This document shows, piece after piece, positions 1-10,700 of a DNA stretch of 37,714 nt. Positions within the stretch are counted from its first letter, which is position 1; every line of letters starts with the position of its first letter. The DNA is from Bacteroidales bacterium (GTDB lineage: Bacteria > Bacteroidota > Bacteroidia > Bacteroidales > JBEPYD01), in assembly GCA_041641575.1 (NCBI GenBank), contig JBEPYD010000005.1:1-37714 (forward strand). The letters are read 5' to 3'. The position numbers were made by a program, and so were the translations under genes. The notes beneath the pieces are model-generated. The model worked only from the letters and a program-made list of their open reading frames with translations. It searched no databases and had not been told where the DNA came from.

Positions 1-1
1 T

Positions 2-739
2 GAAGAAAGTGGCATCAGACCCAAGCCCATGGTGGAAGTGGGAGGCCGACCTATTCTATGGCATATCATGAAAATCTATTCATACTATGGCATAAACGAG
101 TTTATTATTTGCCTTGGATATAAAGGCCATATTATAAAAGAATACTTTTCAAATTATTTTCTTTATAATTCAGATGTCACCTTTGACATGAAGCAGAATA
201 ACATGCAGGTACACAACATGAACTCTGAACCCTGGAAAGTAACCCTGGTAGATACGGGTGAAAACACCATGACCGGTGGCAGGGTGAAACGGGTTGCCAA
301 ATATCTGGATGATGAAACTTTTTGCCTTACCTATGGCGATGGGGTATCAGATGTTAATATAGATGAACTTATCATGTTCCATAAAAACCACGGTAAAAAA
401 GCAACATTAACCTCCGTAAGGCAACCGGGTAGGTTTGGAGTTTTTACATTAGGAAAAGATGAGGATCAGATAAAATATTTCAAAGAAAAGCCTCAGGGTG
501 ATACAGATGGTACAGCCTGGATAAATGGAGGGTATTTTGTGCTTGAACCCGAAGTATTAGATTACATTGATGATGACAGTACTGTTTTTGAGAAGCGTCC
601 AATGGAACAACTGGCCTCAGATGGAAACCTTTTCGCCTTCAAACACTCCGGGTTTTGGCAACCCATGGATACCCTCAGGGATAAAAATGTGCTTGAGGAT
701 TTGTGGTCCGGAAACGAAGCACCCTGGAAAGTCTGGTAA
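2..739 (+). CDS. rfbF: Glucose-1-phosphate cytidylyltransferase (5'-truncated by window edge)
   Basis: The frame is open from position 2 ([26 protein letters not shown]), so the true start is upstream of the window. RfbF motifs: [41 protein letters not shown]. Confidence 0.95.
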   Translation, partial: EESGIRPKPMVEVGGRPILWHIMKIYSYYGINEFIICLGYKGHIIKEYFSNYFLYNSDVTFDMKQNNMQVHNMNSEPWKVTLVDTGENTMTGGRVKRVAKYLDDETFCLTYGDGVSDVNIDELIMFHKNHGKKATLTSVRQPGRFGVFTLGKDEDQIKYFKEKPQGDTDGTAWINGGYFVLEPEVLDYIDDDSTVFEKRPMEQLASDGNLFAFKHSGFWQPMDTLRDKNVLEDLWSGNEAPWKVW

Positions 740-775
740 TGGTAAACGTTCTAATCTCCGATAGAATCAGTATCA

Positions 776-2056
776 ATGCACATTGTTGACAATAAAATAC
801 AAGAACGGGCCCGCACCAATAATCCAATAAATATAAGTATTATTGGTGCCGGTGAAATGGGAAAAGGGCTTATGAACCAAATTATCCGGTATGTTAAGGG
901 GATTAGGATAGTAGTGGTTTACAACAGGACATTACACAAGGCTGAAAATGCACTGGCAACAGCAGGTGTAAAAGAATTTAAGGTGGCAAACAGCCACAAG
1001 GATTTACAATATGCTTTCAATTATAACATCATTGGCCTTACAACGCAGCCTGAGATAGCCGTTGAATTTGAAAAAGTTGATGTAGTTGTGGAAATGACAG
1101 GCCAGATATTGTTTGGCCTAACCACTATTTTGCGGGCATTTGAAAAGGGGAAACATGTGGTTTCTTTTAATGCAGAGTTAGAATCAACTTTTGGCCCGCT
1201 GATAAGGCAGGAAGCAATAAATGCCGGAGTACGGTACACGCTTGGTGATGGTGATCAGCCGGGTTGTACAATGAACCTTTACCGTTATGTAAAAGCCATG
1301 GGATTTACACCTCTGGTGTGTGGAAGTATAAAAAGCATTCAGGATCATTACCGGACACCTGCCACACAAGCTGCTTTTGCTAAAGAATGGGATATGAATC
1401 CCATTATGGCAACAAATTTTGTAGATGGCACAAAAATATCACTTGAGCAGGCGTGCGTCGCAAATGCCACAGGAATGGTTGTTTCTGAAAGAGGTATGAA
1501 AGGATATTCTTACGATGGGATAATTGACGACGTTGCCAAAATGTTTGATATTGATGAGCTTATTGCATTGGGGGGCGTAGTTGATTATGCTTTGGGAGCA
1601 ACTCCAAAACCAGGTGTATTCGTTTTTGCTTCGGCAAATGATGCATTGTCAAATAAATATTTAACTTATGGTAAGTTGGGAGAGGGGCCTTTGTATAGTT
1701 TTTATGTGCCTTATCACCTGTTGTTTTTTGAGTTCGTCTTTTCCATTGTTCGATTGGTAGATTTTAATGATGTTACCATTGATGCTGCACACGGTTTAAA
1801 AGTAGAAGTAGGAACAATTGCCAAACATGATATGGAACCAGGAACCATTTTGGATGGTATTGGTGGATTTCATGCTTACGGATTATGTGAAAATCATGAT
1901 GTTTTTCAGCAGCAAAATTTACTTCCCATTGGTTTGTCAGAGAATATGATACTGAAGCGAAAAATTAAGAAAAATGTAGCAATTTCTTTTTCAGATGTAG
2001 AAACCGGTTCAGATCATCTTAAAATAGATTATTATCAAAAACAACTGAAACTCTAG
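776..2056 (+). CDS. NAD(P)-dependent oxidoreductase with C-terminal SAF domain (homoserine-dehydrogenase-like, COG4091 type)
   Basis: Rossmann motif IIGAGEMG, then GDGDQPG, DGTK..EQACVANATG, and a SAF-like C-terminus (KHDMEPGTILDGIGG...LPIGLS...ISFSDVE). Confidence 0.85.
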   Translation: MHIVDNKIQERARTNNPINISIIGAGEMGKGLMNQIIRYVKGIRIVVVYNRTLHKAENALATAGVKEFKVANSHKDLQYAFNYNIIGLTTQPEIAVEFEKVDVVVEMTGQILFGLTTILRAFEKGKHVVSFNAELESTFGPLIRQEAINAGVRYTLGDGDQPGCTMNLYRYVKAMGFTPLVCGSIKSIQDHYRTPATQAAFAKEWDMNPIMATNFVDGTKISLEQACVANATGMVVSERGMKGYSYDGIIDDVAKMFDIDELIALGGVVDYALGATPKPGVFVFASANDALSNKYLTYGKLGEGPLYSFYVPYHLLFFEFVFSIVRLVDFNDVTIDAAHGLKVEVGTIAKHDMEPGTILDGIGGFHAYGLCENHDVFQQQNLLPIGLSENMILKRKIKKNVAISFSDVETGSDHLKIDYYQKQLKL

Positions 2057-2127
2057 TTATATATAATTTCTAATCATCTTTTACGACATTATTAATAAAA
2101 CAGTATTTTAAAATTCAAACTAAAATC

Positions 2128-3171
2128 ATGAAAATAATTATTGTAGGAAATATGGGCTATATTGGCCCCAGCGTTACAAATCAATTACGGGCATCCTTTC
2201 CTGAAGCGGAACTCATTGGTTTTGATATAGGATTTTTCGCACATTGCCTTACCAATCCTTATTATTTGCCCGAACGTAAGTTAAACAAACAGGTATTTGG
2301 TGATATTCGCAATTTTCCGGATGAATTATTGGAAGGGGTTGACGCAGTTCTTGATTTGGCAGCCATTTCAAATGACCCCATGGGCAATAAGTTTGAAGAA
2401 GTAACCCTCGATGTAAATTATAAAGCAGCTGTAGAACTGGCAAAAAAAGCATTAAAAGCGGGCGTTAAATCGTTTACCTATGCTTCCAGTTGCAGCATGT
2501 ACGGTGCTGCCAGTGAGTATCCTAAAAAAGAAACAGATGAACTAAATCCACTCACTGCATACGCACGTTCTAAAGTTTATACTGAGAATGATTTAGAGCC
2601 ACTTGCTGACGATAATTTTAAGATCACTTGTCTGCGTTTTGCTACCGCCTGTGGTTTTTCTAACCGCATGCGTCTAGACCTGGTATTAAACGATTTTGTT
2701 GCAGGCGCACTCATCAATAAGGAAATAAGTATTTTAAGCGATGGTACCCCGTGGCGGCCAATGATTAATACCAAAGATATGGCCAGGGCTTTTGAGTGGA
2801 GTATTATACGAGACCAGAAGAGCATTGGTAATTACCTTGCGGTAAATACCGGAAGCAATGAATGGAACAATCAGATAAAGCCCTTGGCAGAAGCTGTGGC
2901 CGAGGTAATTCCAGGCACTAAGGTTAGCGTAAATACTGAAGCTGCTCCGGACAAACGTTCATACCGTGTAAACTTTGATATGTACAAAAAACTGGCGCCA
3001 ACTCATCAACCCATTCATGATTTGAAAACCACCATCAATGAATTGAGGGATAATATGATAGAAATGAATTTTAATGATCCTGATTACCGGTCATCAAAAC
3101 TTATAAGACTCAGAGTGTTGAGTGATCTTATGGAATACAATCATTTGAATACTAATCTTGAATGGATTTAA
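2128..3171 (+). CDS. NAD-dependent nucleotide-sugar epimerase/dehydratase (extended SDR)
   Basis: GNMGYIG, LAAISND, ASSCSMYG, catalytic YARSK, LRFATACG. Confidence 0.9.
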   Translation: MKIIIVGNMGYIGPSVTNQLRASFPEAELIGFDIGFFAHCLTNPYYLPERKLNKQVFGDIRNFPDELLEGVDAVLDLAAISNDPMGNKFEEVTLDVNYKAAVELAKKALKAGVKSFTYASSCSMYGAASEYPKKETDELNPLTAYARSKVYTENDLEPLADDNFKITCLRFATACGFSNRMRLDLVLNDFVAGALINKEISILSDGTPWRPMINTKDMARAFEWSIIRDQKSIGNYLAVNTGSNEWNNQIKPLAEAVAEVIPGTKVSVNTEAAPDKRSYRVNFDMYKKLAPTHQPIHDLKTTINELRDNMIEMNFNDPDYRSSKLIRLRVLSDLMEYNHLNTNLEWI

Positions 3172-3187
3172 TAAGGAGTTTGAAATT

Positions 3188-3739
3188 ATGATATTTACAG
3201 AACTACCTTTGAAAGGAGCATTTCTTGTAGAGATTAAAAAAATCTCTGACGATCGTGGATTTTTTGGCCGTGCCTGGTGCAAAAATGAATTTGAAGAACA
3301 TGGAATGAATGGTGATATCAAACAGATAAACACCTCACTTACTTTGAAAAAAGGCACTATACGCGGCATGCATTACCAGGTAGACCCCTATAAGGAAACA
3401 AAATTTATCCGCTGCACCCGTGGATCTATTTATGATGTTATCATTGATCTCAGGCCTGATTCCCCAACTTTTATGAAATGGATCGGGAATGAACTTTCTC
3501 AGGATAACTATAAAATGGTTTACGTGCCTGGAAATTTTGCGCATGGATTTATCTCTCTTGAAGATAACAGTGAAGTATATTACCCTGTAACTGAATTTTA
3601 TACACCCGGAGCAGAGCGGGGAATTCGCTGGAATGACCCTGCTTTTAATATCCAGTGGCCTGTTGCAGCTGATATTGTCTCAGAAAAAGATGCTTCCCAT
3701 CCTGATTTTGATATTTCAACATTTCAAAAACCACTTTAA
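3188..3739 (+). CDS. rfbC: dTDP-4-dehydrorhamnose 3,5-epimerase family (RmlC-like cupin)
   Basis: DDRGFF, GTIRGMHYQ, DVIIDLRPDSPTF, FAHGF, GIRWNDP, SEKD. The ATG at 3188 is preferred over 3158 because it follows AAGGAG and avoids overlap with the upstream gene. Confidence 0.88.
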   Translation: MIFTELPLKGAFLVEIKKISDDRGFFGRAWCKNEFEEHGMNGDIKQINTSLTLKKGTIRGMHYQVDPYKETKFIRCTRGSIYDVIIDLRPDSPTFMKWIGNELSQDNYKMVYVPGNFAHGFISLEDNSEVYYPVTEFYTPGAERGIRWNDPAFNIQWPVAADIVSEKDASHPDFDISTFQKPL

Positions 3740-3747
3740 AATATAAT

Positions 3748-4920
3748 ATGAAACATATACACTGCCCAAATTGCCATAGCGATAAAATTGAAGATTTTTA
3801 TCAAATGAAAAATGCCCCGGTGCAAAGCCTGGTAACCATCAAAAACCGTGAAGAGGCCCTTGCCATACCCCGGCATGACATTACCCTTGCTTTTTGCCAC
3901 AATTGTGGGTTTATTTTTAATAGCTCTTTTGATACTACCATTGATTACTATACCCAGGGATATGAAGATCAGCAAGGTTTCTCACCCACTTTTAAAAATT
4001 TCATCACCGGTATTACCAATCGTTTTATTGAGAAATATGAAGTACGAAACAAGGATGTAATTGAAATTGGTTGTGGAAAGGGCGATTTTATTTCGCTGCT
4101 CGCCGAACTGGGAAATAATCGTGGAATAGGAATTGATCCTGCATTTGTTGAAGGACGAATGAAGCCCAATCCTGCCCTTAAATTCATCAAAGAATTCTAT
4201 TCAGAGAAACATGGAGACCTCCCTAATGATGTAATTACCTGCAGGCATACACTGGAGCATATCCATGCTACCGGAGAATTTATAAAAACTATCAGAAAGT
4301 CTGTGAAAGATGATGATAATGTTATCCTGTTTTTTGAGATTCCCAGTATTGTCCGCATCCTTAAAATTCAGGCATTCTGGGATATCTTTTATGAGCATTG
4401 TACTTATATGAGCCCCGGATCCCTGGGCAGGCTCTTCCGTTTGAATGGCTTTGAGGTACTTGATATGTACCTTGAATACGATGAACAGTATTTATTTATA
4501 GAAGCTAAACCTGTAAAAGAAACTTCAACAAAAGTTCATCCTTTGGAAGAAAGTGTTGAGGACTTATGGAAGATGGCACAGGATTTTGCAGTAAAAATCA
4601 GTAAACGCCTTGATGAGTGGAGAACACTTTTGGAAAATTATAAAAAAGAAAACAAAAAAGTTGTTGTCTGGGGTGGTGGATCAAAATCTGTTGGATTTCT
4701 GACTCATTTTGATGATATTAAAGTAATTGAACATGTAGTGGATATTAATCCGCATATGAAAGGTAATTATATTCCGGGCATTGGTCTTCAGTATAAAAGC
4801 CCTGATTTTTTAAAGGAATACCAACCTGATGCAGTTATTATTATGAATGGCGTATATGTAAATGAGATCGGTGAGATGCTCAGAGAAATGGGGCTGGAAC
4901 CAGAACTTCATCCATTGTAG
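3748..4920 (+). CDS. SAM-dependent NDP-sugar C-methyltransferase-like protein
   Basis: N-terminal Zn-type CPNC...CHNC, SAM motif EIGCGKG, HTLEHI, FYEH, and a C-terminal Methyltransf_14-like WGGGSK...VVDINP...YIPG. Confidence 0.8.
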   Translation: MKHIHCPNCHSDKIEDFYQMKNAPVQSLVTIKNREEALAIPRHDITLAFCHNCGFIFNSSFDTTIDYYTQGYEDQQGFSPTFKNFITGITNRFIEKYEVRNKDVIEIGCGKGDFISLLAELGNNRGIGIDPAFVEGRMKPNPALKFIKEFYSEKHGDLPNDVITCRHTLEHIHATGEFIKTIRKSVKDDDNVILFFEIPSIVRILKIQAFWDIFYEHCTYMSPGSLGRLFRLNGFEVLDMYLEYDEQYLFIEAKPVKETSTKVHPLEESVEDLWKMAQDFAVKISKRLDEWRTLLENYKKENKKVVVWGGGSKSVGFLTHFDDIKVIEHVVDINPHMKGNYIPGIGLQYKSPDFLKEYQPDAVIIMNGVYVNEIGEMLREMGLEPELHPL

Positions 4921-4965
4921 TTAATTAGATAATTAGACGTTAAACTTTTTAATTGTACTTTTCTC

Positions 4966-5928
4966 ATGAAAAAAAATAAAAAAAATCCAATGGTTGCTAT
5001 TGGGATTCCAGTTTATAATGGTGGAAAATTCTTGCGAGAGGGATTGCAAAGCTTGATAGATCAGACTTTTAATGATTGGGAATGCGTTGTAGTTGATAAC
5101 CAATCGGCAGATGAATCATATTTAATTGCGAAAGAATTCTCAAAAAAGGATTCAAGGATAACAGTAATTAGGAATAAAGAATTTGTTCCTCTTGTTGAAA
5201 ATTGGAATAATGCATTTATTCAAGCCAATCAAAATGCAAAATATTATAAGTTACTTCAGGCTGATGATTGGTTATATCCTAGATTTCTTGAGGAATGCAT
5301 TGAAATTTTTGAAAAAGATGAGTCTATTGGAGTAGTAAGTTCCTATCGTTTAGCTGGAACTCAGGTTGATGGTTGTGGGCTTGATGTTAATGACGGAAAT
5401 ATTTTTAGCGGTAAGGATATTTTATTTAAACAACTGACCCGTAAGCTAGATATTTCAGGAGATATTACCACACTTATGTTTTCTATGAATCATCTGAAGA
5501 AGCTCAATTTTTTTCCAAGAATATTTAACGGTAAATATCATATAGATACTGAATTATTCTACGATATTTGTAATGTTTCAAATGTGGGCTTTGTCTTCCA
5601 AGTACTAAGTTATACAAGAAGGCATCCTGAATCACAGACTTCCACTGTGGTTTTTAGGTATAATACACTCCACCAGTTAAATGAGGAAGTTCTTTACAGG
5701 TTTAAAGGTGAAAATCGACAATTAAACAAATTGTACAAGAAAGAACGAATTGAATATGCATATTTTTATTATATGCAACGAATGAAAAGGAATAAAGCTT
5801 ATGAGTGGCACAAGCAAAATATTGACCGTTGGTTCACACCCTCAGAATACATAAAGGGGTTTATAAAATATAATACATTATCCCGATTAATGAATAAAAT
5901 AAAAAATAAATTAAAGAATCAATTTTAG
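4966..5928 (+). CDS. Glycosyltransferase family 2
   Basis: IGIPVYNG, VVVDNQSAD, QADD (DxD-like). Confidence 0.92.
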   Translation: MKKNKKNPMVAIGIPVYNGGKFLREGLQSLIDQTFNDWECVVVDNQSADESYLIAKEFSKKDSRITVIRNKEFVPLVENWNNAFIQANQNAKYYKLLQADDWLYPRFLEECIEIFEKDESIGVVSSYRLAGTQVDGCGLDVNDGNIFSGKDILFKQLTRKLDISGDITTLMFSMNHLKKLNFFPRIFNGKYHIDTELFYDICNVSNVGFVFQVLSYTRRHPESQTSTVVFRYNTLHQLNEEVLYRFKGENRQLNKLYKKERIEYAYFYYMQRMKRNKAYEWHKQNIDRWFTPSEYIKGFIKYNTLSRLMNKIKNKLKNQF

Positions 5929-5966
5929 TTATCAATCAATTCTAAATCCCTGTTCCCTCAGCGCCT

Positions 5967-6809
5967 ATGCTCTTCTTTACCTTTAGTAACCTCAAAAACA
6001 AAATACGTAAGACATATTTTTATGGATTCCTCAGACAATACTACAGACTTATAAAATCCAAACGTGAAAAGCCTGTCCAAAACGTTATGATAACTGGCGT
6101 TGCCGGTGGCCTGGGTAGATTACTTGCCCTTCATTTTAGCGAAGATGGATACAATGTTATTGGATTAGATGTTAGACCAGAAAATAGTATTGATGCTGAT
6201 TTGAAGAACTCTCTGAAAGACTATATACTATTTGATTTACGAGAAATTGATAAAATAGAGAATGCCATAAATCAAATCTTTTCAAAACATAAACATATAG
6301 AGTTACTCATTAACAATGCAGGAATCTTAAATTTCAAGTTACTGCATGAATATGAGGTTAAGGAAATCCAGGATATGTTTTCTGTAAACCTTACATCCGT
6401 AGCAGTATTCGTAAAAGTTTTTCTTCCCTATATGGTTCGACAGAAATTTGGCAGAATTATCAATGTTTCCAGTACTTCTGCTTTTCAGGGAGAAGATAAG
6501 TTTGGCGTATATTCTCCTACAAAATCTGGTTTAATGATGCTTAGTGAATCAATTGGGAAACTCATAGAAAACAAGCTGGAAGGAGATATTACCATAAATT
6601 CAATTAATCCGAACAGGATAAATACACCAGAATATATTAAAGAAAACCCCAAGATAAATCCCTCAACATTGATTTCCTCCAAAACCGTTTACAAAAAAAT
6701 TATCCGAATTATTAACAGCAAAGTGAATGGGGCTACATTCCCCATTTTTAGTTTCTGGTTGCGGATTAAATATACGCTTAATTTCATGCGTAAATTATTT
6801 TTCTCTTAA
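5967..6809 (+). CDS. Classical short-chain dehydrogenase/reductase
   Basis: TGVAGGLG, LINNAG, INVSS, YSPTK. Confidence 0.9.
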   Translation: MLFFTFSNLKNKIRKTYFYGFLRQYYRLIKSKREKPVQNVMITGVAGGLGRLLALHFSEDGYNVIGLDVRPENSIDADLKNSLKDYILFDLREIDKIENAINQIFSKHKHIELLINNAGILNFKLLHEYEVKEIQDMFSVNLTSVAVFVKVFLPYMVRQKFGRIINVSSTSAFQGEDKFGVYSPTKSGLMMLSESIGKLIENKLEGDITINSINPNRINTPEYIKENPKINPSTLISSKTVYKKIIRIINSKVNGATFPIFSFWLRIKYTLNFMRKLFFS

Positions 6810-7301
6810 ATTTTCATGATGTTTTTTTTTGTAAATAAACTTCATTCGGTTTCTATATTTCATCATCAGGAGCATGGTTATGATAAGTGTAAAATCCAGT
6901 ATCACCCATGTTTTTAGAGGAATTAATGCATATCCTATCTTGCTTTCTGAAAAGGGATAAAGCCATAGGACTCCACCAGAAAAGAAATCAATTAAATAGT
7001 GTGAAGATAAAGCAAGAATCATATAAACGATATAGCGGTTTGAAAGATTTTTATACACTGTTTTACCGATTAGCAGGATTGCACCGGTAAACAATCCAAA
7101 TGCCCATAGGGAATGTGTAAACGACTGGTAATGGCTTCCTCCGCCAAAATGAGGATAAAGCATATCTGGCATCATACCAATTAAACCTAATACTAAATAT
7201 TCTTCTTTTGTTATAGCATGTGAAAGATTTTTCTTTTTTCCTCTCGATTCCAGGAGTAAGGCCCCCATAATTGGAGCGGCAAAATGTGAACCTAAAAACA
7301 T
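6795..7301 (-). CDS. Membrane-bound metal-dependent hydrolase (YdjM/DUF457-like)
   Basis: N-terminal His, PD, H...THS and SHYLID..GG..LYPFS motifs with hydrophobic helices. Overlaps the SDR 3' end convergently by 15 bp. Confidence 0.75.
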   Translation of the reverse strand: MFLGSHFAAPIMGALLLESRGKKKNLSHAITKEEYLVLGLIGMMPDMLYPHFGGGSHYQSFTHSLWAFGLFTGAILLIGKTVYKNLSNRYIVYMILALSSHYLIDFFSGGVLWLYPFSESKIGYALIPLKTWVILDFTLIITMLLMMKYRNRMKFIYKKKHHENLREK

Positions 7302-7322
7302 AGATTTATTTGATTAATTTAT

Positions 7323-7330
7323 CAAATTTA
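7323..7330 (-). promoter_or_regulatory. Bacteroidota -7 element (TAAATTTG) for the YdjM-like gene
   Basis: Exact TAnnTTTG match about 22 bp upstream of the start codon. Confidence 0.45.
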
Positions 7331-7567
7331 GCACAAAATTTATAATTTAAAGACAAAGCTTACAGTAAAATTCTGGAATTGTTAATGATTGTATGAAACG
7401 ACAGCTTTTTTAGTATAATGGCATAAATATTTATCAATCGTATATTCATAATATAAGAGTGATTTTCGTCTCTCCATAAAAACGCTATTGGTTGAAGATT
7501 TAATTACACTTATCAAATTCTTCCGTGCTTTAATATTTTTATAACGTATAGCTAGTGTATTTATATC

Positions 7568-7575
7568 TACTTTTG
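7568..7575 (+). promoter_or_regulatory. Bacteroidota -7 element (TACTTTTG) upstream of the HAD fusion gene
   Basis: Exact TAnnTTTG match in the divergent intergenic region. Confidence 0.4.
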
Positions 7576-7719
7576 GAGAAATGACATTTATAAATTACCC
7601 TTCTGTCAAATTCCGTTAAACAGGCGGAAGATAAGAGGAAAATAGTAAACTAATTTCTCAAATTACTGTTAATATTATCTATAGCACTCAATCTTTATAA
7701 TACTTTACAATTTACAGAA

Positions 7720-10700
7720 ATGACGTTAATATCCCAGAAAATAAAGGAAGAAATTAATAAATCGCAATTAATATCATTTGATATTTTTGATACCTTGATA
7801 CTGCGCCCATATTTGAAACCTTCCGATATGTTTATTCATATAGAAAGGTTGTATGGGATAAAGAACTTTGCCAGAAAAAGAAAGGATGCAGAAATCAAGG
7901 CACGTAGAAAAAGTACTGATGATGAAATATCTCTCGATGATATTTATGAAGTTATGGGAGGGAATTATATCAGAGCTAAAGAAATTGAACTCGAATTTGA
8001 AAAAACGATATGTCAGCCAAATCCTGAAATGGTAAATATATACAATCACGCCAGGGAAGCGGGTAAGCGCATAGTGTTTGTGTCTGATATGTACCTTCCT
8101 GAAAAAATTATTGTTGATATCTTAGCCAGAGCAGGCTATAACAATTATGAGGCGTTGTATTTATCTTCCACCCATAAAAAAAGGAAAGCCACAGGTGGAT
8201 TGTTTGAGGTATTAATGAAAGAAGCCGGAGTAAAGCCCGAAGATATTTTACATATTGGGGATAACAAAAACAATGATTATGAGCAGGCAATCGCAAAAAA
8301 GATAAAGGCTATTCTTTATCCCAAAGTTATTGACAGATTTATGCAGGAGCATGGAAAAATGGAAGCATTGTTCCGTGACAATTATGACAGAAGATTTCAT
8401 AAAGATAAATTAACATTTTCAATCATAGTGGGGATAAATGCTCTCGTTTGGATTGAAAATCTTAAAGATAACTACTGGAAACAATTTGGAGCTTTATATG
8501 CTGGTCCGTTTTTATATTTTTTCACCAAATGGCTTTATATAAACGCCCGGAAAAACAAAATTAAAAATATTGCACTTGTTGCACGCGATGGATTTAACCT
8601 GATAAAAATATTCAAAACTTTCGATAAAAAGGAGGAGTTTAATGCACATTATGTTTATCTGCCCAGGCACGTATCAGAATCAGCCAACATCAATTCCCCT
8701 GCAGATCTGGAGCATTTTCTTAAGGAGTTAGGGAAAACCTATGAAACACTGCTTGATTTTATAACCGAATTTACAAAAGAGGATTTAACCTTAAAAGAGC
8801 ATTGGGAAGATTTTAAAATCCATCATAAAACACTTTCCCATCAGGATTTAAAGCAATTTGTAACTGAAAACCAGCCTGCGATAATTAAAATATCACAAAA
8901 CAAGAAAGCAACCGTATATCAGTACCTTGATAATCTGAAACTTTTTTCAAGCGATTTAATGGTTGTGGATTCATCCTGCACCAAAGCGCGGCCGCAGTTA
9001 CTTTTAAAAAGCATTATCTCCCAATTTGGATTAAATTCCACATTACTTGGATATTATTATAAAGTAAACCGACCGAACAATAGTCTGGTTCAAAATGAAT
9101 TACGTCCTGAAGTTGACAGGAAATATCAGACTGATAACTGGGATATGATGGAGTTTTTCATGTCCTCTCCTGAAAAACCAATAATATCAATTGAAAAAAC
9201 CGGGGAAGCGTTTTTTCCTGTTTATAAAAACATAGAAGATAGCGATTACGAAAAATACAGAATAAAAGCCTCTGAAATGCTTTCGGAAGGGGTGATGAAA
9301 TTTACAGAAAAAGCATTTTCTATTTTTAAAGATAAGGAAATTATAAAAGATCTTGATAGCATTGTTGCTTATGTCAATAATATTATAAATAATCCTTCGC
9401 TTAAAGACATTAATCATATAAAAAACCTCCATCATTCAGTAAATAATGATAATGAGTACACGCCGCTTATACTAAAAGATAATCACTTACATAAGGATCT
9501 GAAACAAATACACGCGCAACGGGTAGAGGTTGAGAGAATTAGTCCGGAACTTGAGAATTATTTTATTGGTGGAAGCCTTTCTCAAATTATGAATGAGAAT
9601 GAAACTGAGCATTTGGCTATTAATGTACCCTTTATTGATAAATTACCCACCGGAAAGGATGAAGCATCTATTTGTCTAATTGATGAAGAAGGAGCAGTTG
9701 AGAAAATTGGTGACATTTTTCAATGGAATTTTCAGTTGGGAGCTTTATTACAATTCAGACCAGAGCACAATAATGAAATAATATTTAATGCCGTTAGCAA
9801 AAATCATAATAAATATTATGGTCAGAAATACAATCTTAAAGCCAGGCAAACTACCCCTTTTGATTTACCAGTATTAAATATCTCCATCAATGGAAAGTTG
9901 GCACTATCTGTTGATGTTTTAAAGCCTTTTGATACTAAAAACCCATGGAAGCATGGAAGTTTTAAGAAGGATCAAATCAGTAAAAAACAAGGATTTATCT
10001 GTATGCTGGATTTAGACACAACAGAAACAAAAAAGATCCTTTCTTTAGAAGCCCTGCTGGAAAAGATGGCTGATACAACAAAAATCGCTGACTTTTCATC
10101 GTGTTGGATCAATAAATTATCTTTCAATCCAGATGCTTCCCGTATCTTGCTTCAGTTAGAAATAAAAGATGGCGAATCGGCAGGCAACAGATATACTTTC
10201 ACTTGTGATACAAAAGGTGAAAATATTTATTCAATGCCACACATGATTTCAAATATTGCCTGGAAAAACTCCAAAACAGTGTTTGTTACCAGCTCAAATA
10301 TTTCCGGCAGATCTGAACAGAATTATGAAACACTTTATGAGCTTGATGACCAAACTGTTGATTTCAGAGTTGTGGATAAATCGTTTTTTACCAATAAGGG
10401 GAATATCAGTTATCATCCTAATGGCAGATATATCTTATATGATGCAGAAGCACTGGCAGGGATACCTTACAGGAAGTTACAGCTTTACGATCTGGAGGAA
10501 CAGAAAGGTATCAATCTTGGATTGTTTTATGCAGAACCACAACTGTTTAGTGGCTTAAAAGCCTTGCGATGCGAATTCAGACCCCGCTGGTCGCCAGGTG
10601 GTAAATATATTACTTTCGACTCTATCCATGAGGGATTTAGAGGAATTTATAAGATATCTGCAAAAGAGGCAATAGCTGAAATAAACCGTAACCTGGAAAC

